Origin: a virus
IMG/VR virus record: IMGVR_UViG_3300012953_000017
Span: 1 to 64,000 of that record
DNA: 64,000 nt
Direction: 5' to 3' (one strand)
The notes under the pieces were generated by a model that was given only the letters and a program-made list of their open reading frames with translations, ran no database searches and was not told where the DNA came from. The translations under genes were made by a program, and so were the position numbers. Each line of letters opens with the position of its first letter. Positions within the stretch are counted from its first letter, which is position 1. This document shows, piece by piece, positions 56,408 through 64,000 of the stretch.

Positions 56408-57314
56408 CCTTATCAGAAAATAAAGTCACTAAATCAACGTTTTTAAGCTCTGTGTTGTAAGGCAAAGCGGGAGAGAAAACTTGCACACCATGCTTCGCGT
56501 ATTCGGTTGAGTGCTTTGGAGAATCATCAACTGCACAGATCACTTTCCCTTCTTTGTAGAACTCTTGATCGGATAACCACCTAAATTTTTCTCCGGAAAA
56601 GTCAAGTGCGTCAAATTGTAACTCTGACTCTGAAAGCCACATGTAAGTATCGTGATAGCATTTAAGATTGTCAGAAGGGCGTGCTGTTAGTAGATGAATC
56701 CAGTAGCCTTCACTCTTGAGCTTGTTGACGACACGTACCAGCTTTTCATTCTGCTCTAATATTAAAAACCCGCTCTCATTAATGAAATCTCTAAAAACTT
56801 GTTCCGGAGCTAGGCCGGCATTGAGAACGTCAGATACGTTATAGTATTCCGGGCAAGACACCGGAGTATCGACGCCCTTTGTCACTCTTAGCCAGTCAAA
56901 AAAAGACTTTCTAAAATGCGCTAAAACATCATCAATATCAAATATGACTACCGGTTGTCCTTGCCATGCATTCCTTTCTAGAGAATGTCTCATGTGAAGG
57001 AATACATCTTTTGACTCACACGCAGTTTCAAAATCTTCCGGTTTAATATCCCAGAGATTCAAGATAGCCAAAACATATCTGAAAGCATCGACAGACTTAT
57101 ATAAAATCTTGTGGTGGTCTACCTGATTTTTAACTTGTCTGTGGTCTTTAAAATTAATTGCTGAACCTATTCCGGAGGCTTCAGAATGAAGTGCGAGAAC
57201 AAAAGTTTTTGTAATCTCTTCCTTTTCCTTTGTAGACAGTTTTTCACTATTAAAAAACAGACTTGAAAATTCTTTTTGTCTAATTAAAGACTTTGCCAGA
57301 GTTTCAAAATTCAA
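56376..57314 (-). CDS. MazG/dUTPase-like helical domain fused to a HAD 5'-nucleotidase (NT5C-like)
   Basis: L..E......NFKDH......SVDAFRY; FDIDDVLA, LTAR, VDDSP. Confidence 0.75.
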   Translation of the reverse strand: MNFETLAKSLIRQKEFSSLFFNSEKLSTKEKEEITKTFVLALHSEASGIGSAINFKDHRQVKNQVDHHKILYKSVDAFRYVLAILNLWDIKPEDFETACESKDVFLHMRHSLERNAWQGQPVVIFDIDDVLAHFRKSFFDWLRVTKGVDTPVSCPEYYNVSDVLNAGLAPEQVFRDFINESGFLILEQNEKLVRVVNKLKSEGYWIHLLTARPSDNLKCYHDTYMWLSESELQFDALDFSGEKFRWLSDQEFYKEGKVICAVDDSPKHSTEYAKHGVQVFSPALPYNTELKNVDLVTLFSDKDDLYELIKNS

Positions 57315-57325
57315 GAGAATTCTCC

Positions 57326-57535
57326 TTATACAGACACATTATCTAGATCGACAGGGTCAACGTTGAACACAACTTCACCGTGCAAAAGCACTTCACATAA
57401 ATTTTCGGAAGTGTAGTTGAGCATTATTCCTACAGCGTCCTCTTCTATAATTACTTGCTGAGAACCATACATGGACGCATAGTTTCCTACGCTGTGTGAA
57501 TTGAACTTCACCAAAGTACCTCTTTCGCTACACAT
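57326..57535 (-). CDS. hypothetical protein
   Basis: 69-aa ORF. Confidence 0.5.
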   Translation of the reverse strand: MCSERGTLVKFNSHSVGNYASMYGSQQVIIEEDAVGIMLNYTSENLCEVLLHGEVVFNVDPVDLDNVSV

Positions 57536-57669
57536 AAGTAAAATATAGCCGCCTTTAAAAAAAAGTACATTTAAACAGCATTGGGTAGTTTTTTTCCATA
57601 GTTATTAAATGTGCCTAAAGTCATAAAGATTATTGGCTCTCGTAAGGCAACAAATATTATTATGAGAAC

Positions 57670-58311
57670 TTGATAGTGCAAGAAAATCGTCCTGACAACG
57701 AAGAAGTCTTTAACGCTCTGACACATGGGGTTGGCGCGATTTTGGCTTTGGTTGGCGGAGTTTTTTTAATTGGACAATCTTGGGAAATAGGGCCCTGGCA
57801 CTTTGCTGGGGCTTTTTTGTATTCAGTTTCTCTTTTTTCAACTTTTTGTGCGTCAGCTTTTTACCATATCTCAACAGATCCTTTAATAAAGCATAGGTAC
57901 AGAGTTCTGGACCATTCATCCATTTACTTGGCAATAGCAGGGAGTTACTCTCCTATACTTCTAGTAAGTCTAATGGACAATTGGGGACTGCTATATTGTG
58001 TTGTAGTGTGGGTGTTGGCAATTGCAGGAATTCTGTACAAGTCTAAATACACAGGAAAGCATGAGGAATATTCACTCGGAACTTATCTAATGATGGGGTG
58101 GATAGGGCTCTTGATTGTGCATGACATTATAGAAACAATACCTAGCGCAGGATTATATTGGCTTTTAGCAGGCGGCATTATCTACACATCCGGGGCTTAT
58201 TTTTATTACAAAGACGATAAAAGATGGTACCACACCATATGGCATTTTTTTGTACTAGGCGGCAGTATGTGTCACTATATTTTGGTCTCTAAGTACATTA
58301 TACAACCTTAG
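57670..58311 (+). CDS. hemolysin III family (YqfA/PAQR) membrane protein
   Basis: EE.FNALTHG, SAFYH, LDHSSIYLAIAGSYSP, YLMMGW, HTIWHFFVLGG..CH. Confidence 0.93.
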   Translation: MIVQENRPDNEEVFNALTHGVGAILALVGGVFLIGQSWEIGPWHFAGAFLYSVSLFSTFCASAFYHISTDPLIKHRYRVLDHSSIYLAIAGSYSPILLVSLMDNWGLLYCVVVWVLAIAGILYKSKYTGKHEEYSLGTYLMMGWIGLLIVHDIIETIPSAGLYWLLAGGIIYTSGAYFYYKDDKRWYHTIWHFFVLGGSMCHYILVSKYIIQP

Positions 58312-59089
58312 TCAGTCCCATTTTTTCAATGTATCTGGAAGTGTGAGAATCCATCATTCTCGACTTATACACACCTAATTCCTCTTCAGTAGCGTCTAAG
58401 GCGTTCCTGGCAAGATATTTTTCAACATAAACAGAAAGTGTATTTATAAATTTTTCCAGATTGTCTTCATTAACATTGTCTTCGAGGTATGCGATATTTT
58501 CTTCCACTCGAGCGTCTATTTCCATTGGACTACTCATGTGTGTATAAAGATCCGCATTAGTCACATCATCAAGTGGGTACCCGTATATCACACGCTGAAT
58601 AGAATGTTGCATTTCATGAGCTAGTGCTGCTCTTATCTCCATGGGGAGTGTCGTCAAAAACGGCTTAAGATCTCTTAAATCTTTCGGCATATGCAGAATT
58701 ATTTCTATTATTCCCTCATCTTCAAAATCATCGCTGTGAAGATATCCTGCATCAACGTCAGAATGATCAGCACTTTTGATTAAAAAATGAAACTCTACGT
58801 CTGGTAGAGCGTCAAAGTACTCGCCTTTGGGCTCCGGTAATTTTTGATTATTTTCTGAAGAAATTAAGTCTGTATAGATAAAATCAATTGTGTCATAAAC
58901 AGCTTGTGAGTCAATTGAGCCTTTATTTAAATTAATCGAATTAACAATGGCACTCACAATGGGGTATGCGATTTGAGATGCTGCAGACCTCAGATCAAAT
59001 CTTTGCTGAATCTGACTAGAAGAAGACTCATAAATTAGCCTTTCTTCTGTTTGATCGCTGTCGTTACTGTTTAAAATTGTGTCATTCAT
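58298..59089 (-). CDS. putative zinc metallopeptidase (HExxH)
   Basis: LAHEMQH and SPMEIDAR; ATATTTA upstream (59098-59104). Confidence 0.55.
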   Translation of the reverse strand: MNDTILNSNDSDQTEERLIYESSSSQIQQRFDLRSAASQIAYPIVSAIVNSINLNKGSIDSQAVYDTIDFIYTDLISSENNQKLPEPKGEYFDALPDVEFHFLIKSADHSDVDAGYLHSDDFEDEGIIEIILHMPKDLRDLKPFLTTLPMEIRAALAHEMQHSIQRVIYGYPLDDVTNADLYTHMSSPMEIDARVEENIAYLEDNVNEDNLEKFINTLSVYVEKYLARNALDATEEELGVYKSRMMDSHTSRYIEKMGLTKVV

Positions 59090-59107
59090 AACACATATAA
59101 ATATGCG

Positions 59108-59494
59108 CTAGTAGCCTGTGTTAAGACGGTCGTGAATAACTTCATCCTTTTTGCGATATGCGTCAAAAAGCTCATCAGCTGTAACGCCAGTAAGAACTAA
59201 TAAGGACAAAAAATAGTTAAAAGCGTCAACAATTTCTTCTAGAAACTCTTCTCTATCAAATTCGTCTACTTCGGTCTTCTTGTGGGGTTTCCAGTTTTTT
59301 AAATGCTGAAGTGCTTCAAACATTTCTTCGACACCTTTCAAAGCAGTATCTCTTAACACTTGCTGAGACTTCTTTTGTGTCAAAGAGACAGGCCATTCTG
59401 GGTATATGTCTGGGTTTGCCTTACTAATTTCTACCATAAATGATTCACGCAGGCGAAACATTTCAGACAGCTTATCTTTATTACTCAGACTCAT
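59108..59494 (-). CDS. all-alpha dimeric dUTPase/dCTPase-like pyrophosphatase
   Basis: EEMFEAL...NWKPHK......EFLEEIVDAFNY...AY..K..V...R...GY. Confidence 0.85.
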   Translation of the reverse strand: MSLSNKDKLSEMFRLRESFMVEISKANPDIYPEWPVSLTQKKSQQVLRDTALKGVEEMFEALQHLKNWKPHKKTEVDEFDREEFLEEIVDAFNYFLSLLVLTGVTADELFDAYRKKDEVIHDRLNTGY

Positions 59495-59756
59495 TTGTCT
59501 CCTCAACAAGTTCTTGTACCTCAGAAATCATAGCTTCTAAATTGTTATTAAAAGTCTTTTCATACTCTGATTCTAGGTCAAGAACACCTTCATTACTTAC
59601 AAACTTAATAAGTCGTAAGTTATCAGTGATGTCTGTCCCAGTTAATATTGCAACTTGTAATACTTTGGCAATTTGTGCAATTGCAGAATCTGATAGCTTG
59701 TAGCAGTCAAACATATTATTCTCCTTTTTTTTTATTTCTGAATTTTTGGTACCCAA
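59481..59756 (-). CDS. hypothetical protein (start probably MFDCYK)
   Basis: AAGGAG RBS before MFDCY. Confidence 0.6.
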   Translation of the reverse strand: MGTKNSEIKKKENNMFDCYKLSDSAIAQIAKVLQVAILTGTDITDNLRLIKFVSNEGVLDLESEYEKTFNNNLEAMISEVQELVEETNESE

Positions 59757-60538
59757 TGTGTTGTCCTTCCATCAGGTGTCTTTTCTTTAACAACCTCATT
59801 ACCTTCAGGGTCGTTCTTTTGATTATATACCAGGAACCTCTGTGCGTATTGGCCCAATGTTCCGTTAAAATTTTCGTATGTTCTTATTGTAGCACCGCCT
59901 GACCGAAAGCTTTCTCTCAATATTTTTTTAATTGCTGAGTTAAGTGATGACAAATCTTTGTCAGAAAGAGAGTCAACTGTCCTGTGTGGTGATATCTTGG
60001 ACAGCCACAAAGAGTCTGCTTTTACATAGTTTCCGACGCCAGCCACCACTGACTGGTTCATTATAGCTTTAGTGATAGGCCACTTAGACTTCTTTCTAAT
60101 GGCTTGAAAAAACACTTCATCTTTTACATCAGTGGCTAGCATATCCGGCCCTAATGCCTTGAGTTTTTCTAACAAATAATGTTTTCCTCTGACTATTTTA
60201 ACAGTGCCAAAATTTCTTTGATCGTTGAAGTACACCTTACTTTTATCGTCAAAACAAAACTCGACTCTAGAATGCTTTTTTTTATTAGGTGACCAATGGC
60301 CGGTCATTCCTAGCGTGTTCCAAATATAGTGATCATTTTTTAGCATCCAGTATAAAAACTTGCCATGCACACCTACACCGGTGACTTTTGCCGGCAGCGT
60401 ACCTACAGATTCTAGAAGTCCTGGAATTGGCTTTTTCGTATATCTGCCGCTTAGCACATTTATGCTTTTTAAAGTCTTTGCGGAGACAAATTCAGACAAG
60501 TCTAATCCGTATCTTCTTACTTCAGGTCCTTCAGGCAC
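59732..60538 (-). CDS. Fpg/Nei DNA glycosylase-AP lyase (zinc-less finger type)
   Basis: MPEGPEV, GKF, LGMTG, D.RNFG, LGPD, NQS.VAGVGNY, GRTTHW.P..Q without Cys. Confidence 0.92.
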   Translation of the reverse strand: MPEGPEVRRYGLDLSEFVSAKTLKSINVLSGRYTKKPIPGLLESVGTLPAKVTGVGVHGKFLYWMLKNDHYIWNTLGMTGHWSPNKKKHSRVEFCFDDKSKVYFNDQRNFGTVKIVRGKHYLLEKLKALGPDMLATDVKDEVFFQAIRKKSKWPITKAIMNQSVVAGVGNYVKADSLWLSKISPHRTVDSLSDKDLSSLNSAIKKILRESFRSGGATIRTYENFNGTLGQYAQRFLVYNQKNDPEGNEVVKEKTPDGRTTHWVPKIQK

Positions 60539-60950
60539 AGTTTTCCTCCAGCCAGTCTCGATATTTATTCAAGGCATGATCGTTAGGGCGTACATTTTTC
60601 CAGTCACCTACACAGAAAACTCTCCACGCATCCTCAGCGTACTTTCCGCATCCGTAAAGCTCTTTAGGCGATGACCACTCCTTCTCAACGTATTCTCTAG
60701 AGAATCTCCGAAGGGTCTCTGTACGTCTCTTCCACATTCCTAATGGTTTTATAAGGCTTTGCAAATCGTTAACATCTGCGTCCTTCATAGAATCTGCTGT
60801 GGGATACTTACGAAAAAGCTTCTCGTACACTTTGTCAACTTGTTTTCTAGAAGTTTGATTATGAAGAAGACACGCCACTAGTATTTTCCACTCATTAGGC
60901 CACAAATCTTCTTGCAGCATTCCGACTGGTGATCGAGGTGGTCTCCACAT
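60531..60950 (-). CDS. MBD4-like HhH-GPD mismatch DNA glycosylase
   Basis: W.PPRSP...LQE.L....WKILVAC.L.N.T, PLG, LYGCGKYA.DA...FC..W..V.P.DH.L.KY..WL. Confidence 0.88.
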   Translation of the reverse strand: MWRPPRSPVGMLQEDLWPNEWKILVACLLHNQTSRKQVDKVYEKLFRKYPTADSMKDADVNDLQSLIKPLGMWKRRTETLRRFSREYVEKEWSSPKELYGCGKYAEDAWRVFCVGDWKNVRPNDHALNKYRDWLEENCA

Positions 60951-61004
60951 GCAGAGTCTCCTTTTATAAACTTGTTATATTATAAAAAGAGATCTTAAGA
61001 TGTA

Positions 61005-61307
61005 TTACTTGAAAACTCGCTCTTTGGCAGTGTCAAAAAGCTCTTTCATAAAAGATTTCTTTAGTTTGAGTAACCTATCAAATTTGACTTTATTTCTAGC
61101 GTCTGTGTAGAGTGCAGTGGGCTTTTTAATCTGGCCATCAATAAGCTGATCGCTAAAGTCATAAAATTTAGACTTAGGGCTTCGAGGTGGCTTAGCTTCG
61201 GCATCTGTTGGTGCCGCACACATTCCTATGCAAAATGCTATAATGCACGACATTATCATGGTCATGATTGATGAGTGTCTTATAAATCTTCTTACACCAG
61301 GAAGCAT
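61005..61307 (-). CDS. CglF/GltF-like (adventurous gliding motility) exported protein
   Basis: Signal peptide then YDFSDQLIDGQIKKP...Y...R.K..FD.L.K.K.SF..EL. Confidence 0.6.
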   Translation of the reverse strand: MLPGVRRFIRHSSIMTMIMSCIIAFCIGMCAAPTDAEAKPPRSPKSKFYDFSDQLIDGQIKKPTALYTDARNKVKFDRLLKLKKSFMKELFDTAKERVFK

Positions 61308-61323
61308 ACTGTCTAAGTATGCA

Positions 61324-61650
61324 CTAAGCTTGTCCTGGTTTCATCGCGGCAAGAATTTTAATCTCAGCCAGTTTCCTGTCCATCATTTGACGAAACTCTT
61401 CAGAATGATTTGCAATTTCAGCTGATCGAATTTCTTCAATCATGTCCCAAACAGAATCGTTTTCATCTGTTAGTTCTCTTATTTCTTTTATGCAAAACTT
61501 TAATGATTCTTCAAGCATAGCCAATCGAAAGTTAGCATCGTGCTCTGGCGAAGGTTTTTCTAAGACTGACTCTATTAGAACAAGTTGCTCTTCTACAAGT
61601 TGTGATCTAGTAAGTTTTTTTGTCATGTTATTTATTATATTCGACGACAC
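61324..61650 (-). CDS. hypothetical coiled-coil protein
   Basis: ORF in series. Confidence 0.6.
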   Translation of the reverse strand: MSSNIINNMTKKLTRSQLVEEQLVLIESVLEKPSPEHDANFRLAMLEESLKFCIKEIRELTDENDSVWDMIEEIRSAEIANHSEEFRQMMDRKLAEIKILAAMKPGQA

Positions 61651-62437
61651 GAACTCTTATAACTGGAATATGATCATCAGGCGTCTTATCCATAACGCCG
61701 ACAAATTTGCATTCTTCAGGAACTACATACACTACAAACTCTAGATCGTCTAAATGCATTAAGCACTGAGAAGTTGAACGCATATTGTCTGTTGTGCGCA
61801 TCATGTTGTAGTTGCTTCCTTTATCAAAATTTTGCTTTGTTAAAGTTGGCATTATTTTGTTATGGTCATCAATATCAGAAAGCTCCATTTCTGCTGTAGC
61901 TTTTCTTATTTTTGATGATAGGTAATCATCAGGTTTTCTGTCTGGAGTATAACCCGCACCATCATGGTCTTGACCATGATTTGTCCTTACATCAAACCCT
62001 GTAGAAGGGTCTAGCTTTTTTATAATTGGGTTGTGTTTACTAGTCATCTCAATGCTGTACATTGACTTATTGTTTCCCGCGAAGGTGTGCCCTTTAATTC
62101 CATCTCTATAGGAAACTAATGATTTTATACAGTCTGAAAGTGTTTCTTGTTCGAGTGCATGAATCATTCTAGGACCATCGTCTGACTGAAGCTTTCCTTT
62201 TACAGCCTTTTCGTCTTCACCCACGAGTAATGCAGCGTTTATCACTCCAATTCCCTTCTCGTTCATGCCTTCCATGTAGTTAGTATACAGATCGTGTAGG
62301 TATACAACTTCCATTCCATTTCTTATCTCTCTTACTAGTCTGAGCTTTGGAACATAGTTTCTGTCTCTAGTTTTACCTAGAACATTGCCTCCTGAAATTT
62401 GGCCACCTACAATTATACATTCGCGCAAAGGTTTCAA
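61628..62437 (-). CDS. Ntn-hydrolase (peptidase C45 / choloylglycine hydrolase-like)
   Basis: C7 nucleophile followed by beta strand IIVG, GKTRD, EGMNEKG, RTNH. Confidence 0.75.
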   Translation of the reverse strand: MKPLRECIIVGGQISGGNVLGKTRDRNYVPKLRLVREIRNGMEVVYLHDLYTNYMEGMNEKGIGVINAALLVGEDEKAVKGKLQSDDGPRMIHALEQETLSDCIKSLVSYRDGIKGHTFAGNNKSMYSIEMTSKHNPIIKKLDPSTGFDVRTNHGQDHDGAGYTPDRKPDDYLSSKIRKATAEMELSDIDDHNKIMPTLTKQNFDKGSNYNMMRTTDNMRSTSQCLMHLDDLEFVVYVVPEECKFVGVMDKTPDDHIPVIRVRVVEYNK

Positions 62438-62449
62438 TTTTTTCTCCAG

Positions 62450-64000
62450 CTATGACATTAGGTAAATATAATTTTGATTTACGGTACACGCAACTCTAAA
62501 ACCACAGATCATGTCATGAAACTCGACTAAAGCATTAATATCTCTTCTGGTTGGTTCATACATGTGATAAACGAGCGACTCGTTTTTAGAAAACTTCTTC
62601 TTAAACCACCCTACTAATTTTTTACCTGCATCAATTCCTTTTTCCCACACAGCTTTTATTCCGGTCCAGAAAAAGCCTAGTGCTTTTTTAGCCATAGTGC
62701 TTATTAGACCTACAGTGTATTTAAAGAATTTGTCTTTTTGCTGTGCTTGCCACTCTTCATCCTTGTCTAAAAATTTAGAAGCGGCCCAAATACACCCTTT
62801 TGCTACACAATAGGCAACTACTAAAGCTAACAGAACTTTACCTATGGCAAGCCACATACCTGCACTCACACCCATCAAAGTTCCGCCAGCCCAAGTGCTT
62901 TGGACGCCGGTTGCACTGGCCATCATGTGTGTCATGGCACCTCCGACGCCGCTGACAGAAGTTGAGGCAGGCATGCCCATTGTCGCGAGCAAAGAAGGTG
63001 TAGTTATCGTTGCAGATGCGCCGGCGCCGAACAAATGAGCATATGCTGCAGCCCCAAAAGAACCAATAGTTCCGGCTCCAACTGCAAACATGCCTATTGT
63101 TCTAGAAAGTCTATCCTTTATGCTTCCTTTACCTCCAGAAAGATCTTCAATCGCAGCTTCTAGTTTATCTTGATCTGACTCCAGCTCGGCTATTTTTTCC
63201 TGATTTTCAGCTATTTCTTTAATAGCATCATCAAAATTATCTGCTTGTATGCCGATTCCTTTTAAGCCTGCCATAGCTGTTTCGGCGGCGCCGTCAGCAT
63301 TGGAGACTTTGCCCTGTATTTCTTCAGCGCCGCTTTTTATTTCGCCTTCAGCAGAGGCCATGCCTTCTTCTGTAGGCATGAATTCATCATCAAATATACT
63401 CTTGTCAGACTGCTGCGCGTCGATACCATCGCCTTCTAAAGTTTCAGTCTCTATGCCTACATCAGCAAGGTCAATCTGATTAGGCTTCTGATTACCACCT
63501 TTTTCTGATGCACCTTTTGCTGCTTTGCCAATGTCACCTTTTTGCTCACTAGAAGGAAGATAGCCTACATTTCCTGATTGTAGACTAAAACCGTTTTTTT
63601 GTGCGTATGCAGAGCAAAAGTCTAGAACCTGAGCCGGCTCTCCTTCTACACCTGCGTCAGATAATTTTTGTGCTATGGCAGACGCTAACTGCGCTACATC
63701 TCCTGGTGTGACTGGTTTTGCAGTGTTTTCTACGTCTTCGAACTCTGGAATGACATTCTTTAGGCTCATGGCAAAACCTTTCATCATCCCTACACCCTCG
63801 AGCGCAGAATTAACTTGAGGTTGATATTTTTCCATTTCTTCTGCCATAGCTTGTGTCGCTGCTGCATCTTTAGCAGCGGAGGCGTCTTCCATTAATAATT
63901 TCCACACTGCATCGGATTTGCATCGTTCATTTACATTTTTCTGTGACGGGAAAGCAGGCACGCCTTCAAGCTCTTGAATTTTAGCTGCAGCACCGGACAA
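62450..64000 (-). CDS. partial large Ala/Gly-rich protein with hydrophobic C-terminal helices (5' end outside the window)
   Basis: Open frame runs to the window edge; TM-like segments. Confidence 0.6.
   Translation of the reverse strand: MSGAAAKIQELEGVPAFPSQKNVNERCKSDAVWKLLMEDASAAKDAAATQAMAEEMEKYQPQVNSALEGVGMMKGFAMSLKNVIPEFEDVENTAKPVTPGDVAQLASAIAQKLSDAGVEGEPAQVLDFCSAYAQKNGFSLQSGNVGYLPSSEQKGDIGKAAKGASEKGGNQKPNQIDLADVGIETETLEGDGIDAQQSDKSIFDDEFMPTEEGMASAEGEIKSGAEEIQGKVSNADGAAETAMAGLKGIGIQADNFDDAIKEIAENQEKIAELESDQDKLEAAIEDLSGGKGSIKDRLSRTIGMFAVGAGTIGSFGAAAYAHLFGAGASATITTPSLLATMGMPASTSVSGVGGAMTHMMASATGVQSTWAGGTLMGVSAGMWLAIGKVLLALVVAYCVAKGCIWAASKFLDKDEEWQAQQKDKFFKYTVGLISTMAKKALGFFWTGIKAVWEKGIDAGKKLVGWFKKKFSKNESLVYHMYEPTRRDINALVEFHDMICGFRVACTVNQNYIYLMS

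Noticed and set aside
22569-63479. Numerous Ser-rich plus-strand ORFs (e.g. 22569, 35919, 42481, 51460, 63249)
   Set aside because: They are antisense shadows of acidic minus-strand genes, with no RBS or recognisable motifs.
1-64000. Genome-wide reassignment of TGA (or TAG) as the explanation for the in-frame stop at 5180-5182
   Set aside because: Conserved genes are full length in the standard code and all three stops end genes. TGA terminates the sigma (20676) and DHH (45916) genes in ATGA overlaps with the next start, so any readthrough must be site-specific.
1-64000. Cellular (bacterial or archaeal) chromosome origin, suggested by groEL, dnaE, guaB, def and tilS
   Set aside because: These genes are isolated from their normal operons (no groES, fmt or guaA nearby) and are interspersed with an endolysin, holin-like genes and many short hypotheticals, as in jumbo phages. 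No capsid or terminase gene is in the window, so the phage call remains an inference.

Overview
This window is most consistent with a fragment of a very large (jumbo or mega) dsDNA bacteriophage genome rather than a cellular chromosome. Genes are short, densely packed and mostly on the minus strand. The phage carries its own DnaE polymerase, ATP-dependent DNA ligase, 5'-3' exonuclease, sigma-70 factor, GroEL, peptide deformylase, TilS and two tRNAs, plus nucleotide-metabolism genes, a GH25 endolysin and many acidic hypothetical proteins. A CglF/GltF-like gliding protein and a Cys-rich EICDGxDNDCDG-repeat/vWA lipoprotein point (by inference) to a Myxococcota/Bdellovibrionota-like host. The main finding is a gene missed by the ORF track (4955..5323, minus strand). 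It has an in-frame TGA in an H-Q-[TGA]-L-K-H context, followed 13 nt later by a perfect hairpin resembling a bacterial SECIS, so it is a candidate phage-encoded selenoprotein. Other notable signals are: (i) a probable cytosine-modification cluster around dnaE (kinase fused to a dCMP-type thymidylate-synthase fold, divergent ThyX, all-alpha NTP pyrophosphatases, sugar epimerases, MBD4- and Fpg-like glycosylases); (ii) a recurrent LRxxIRE...LxE peptide tag on about 20 unrelated proteins; (iii) two promoter classes, NTGYAA-17-TATAAT and ATAYTTA; (iv) a duplicated inverted-repeat element with an exact 40-nt spacer; (v) a TilS plus tRNA-Ile2(CAU) pair. All family calls come from motif recognition by eye; no searches were run.
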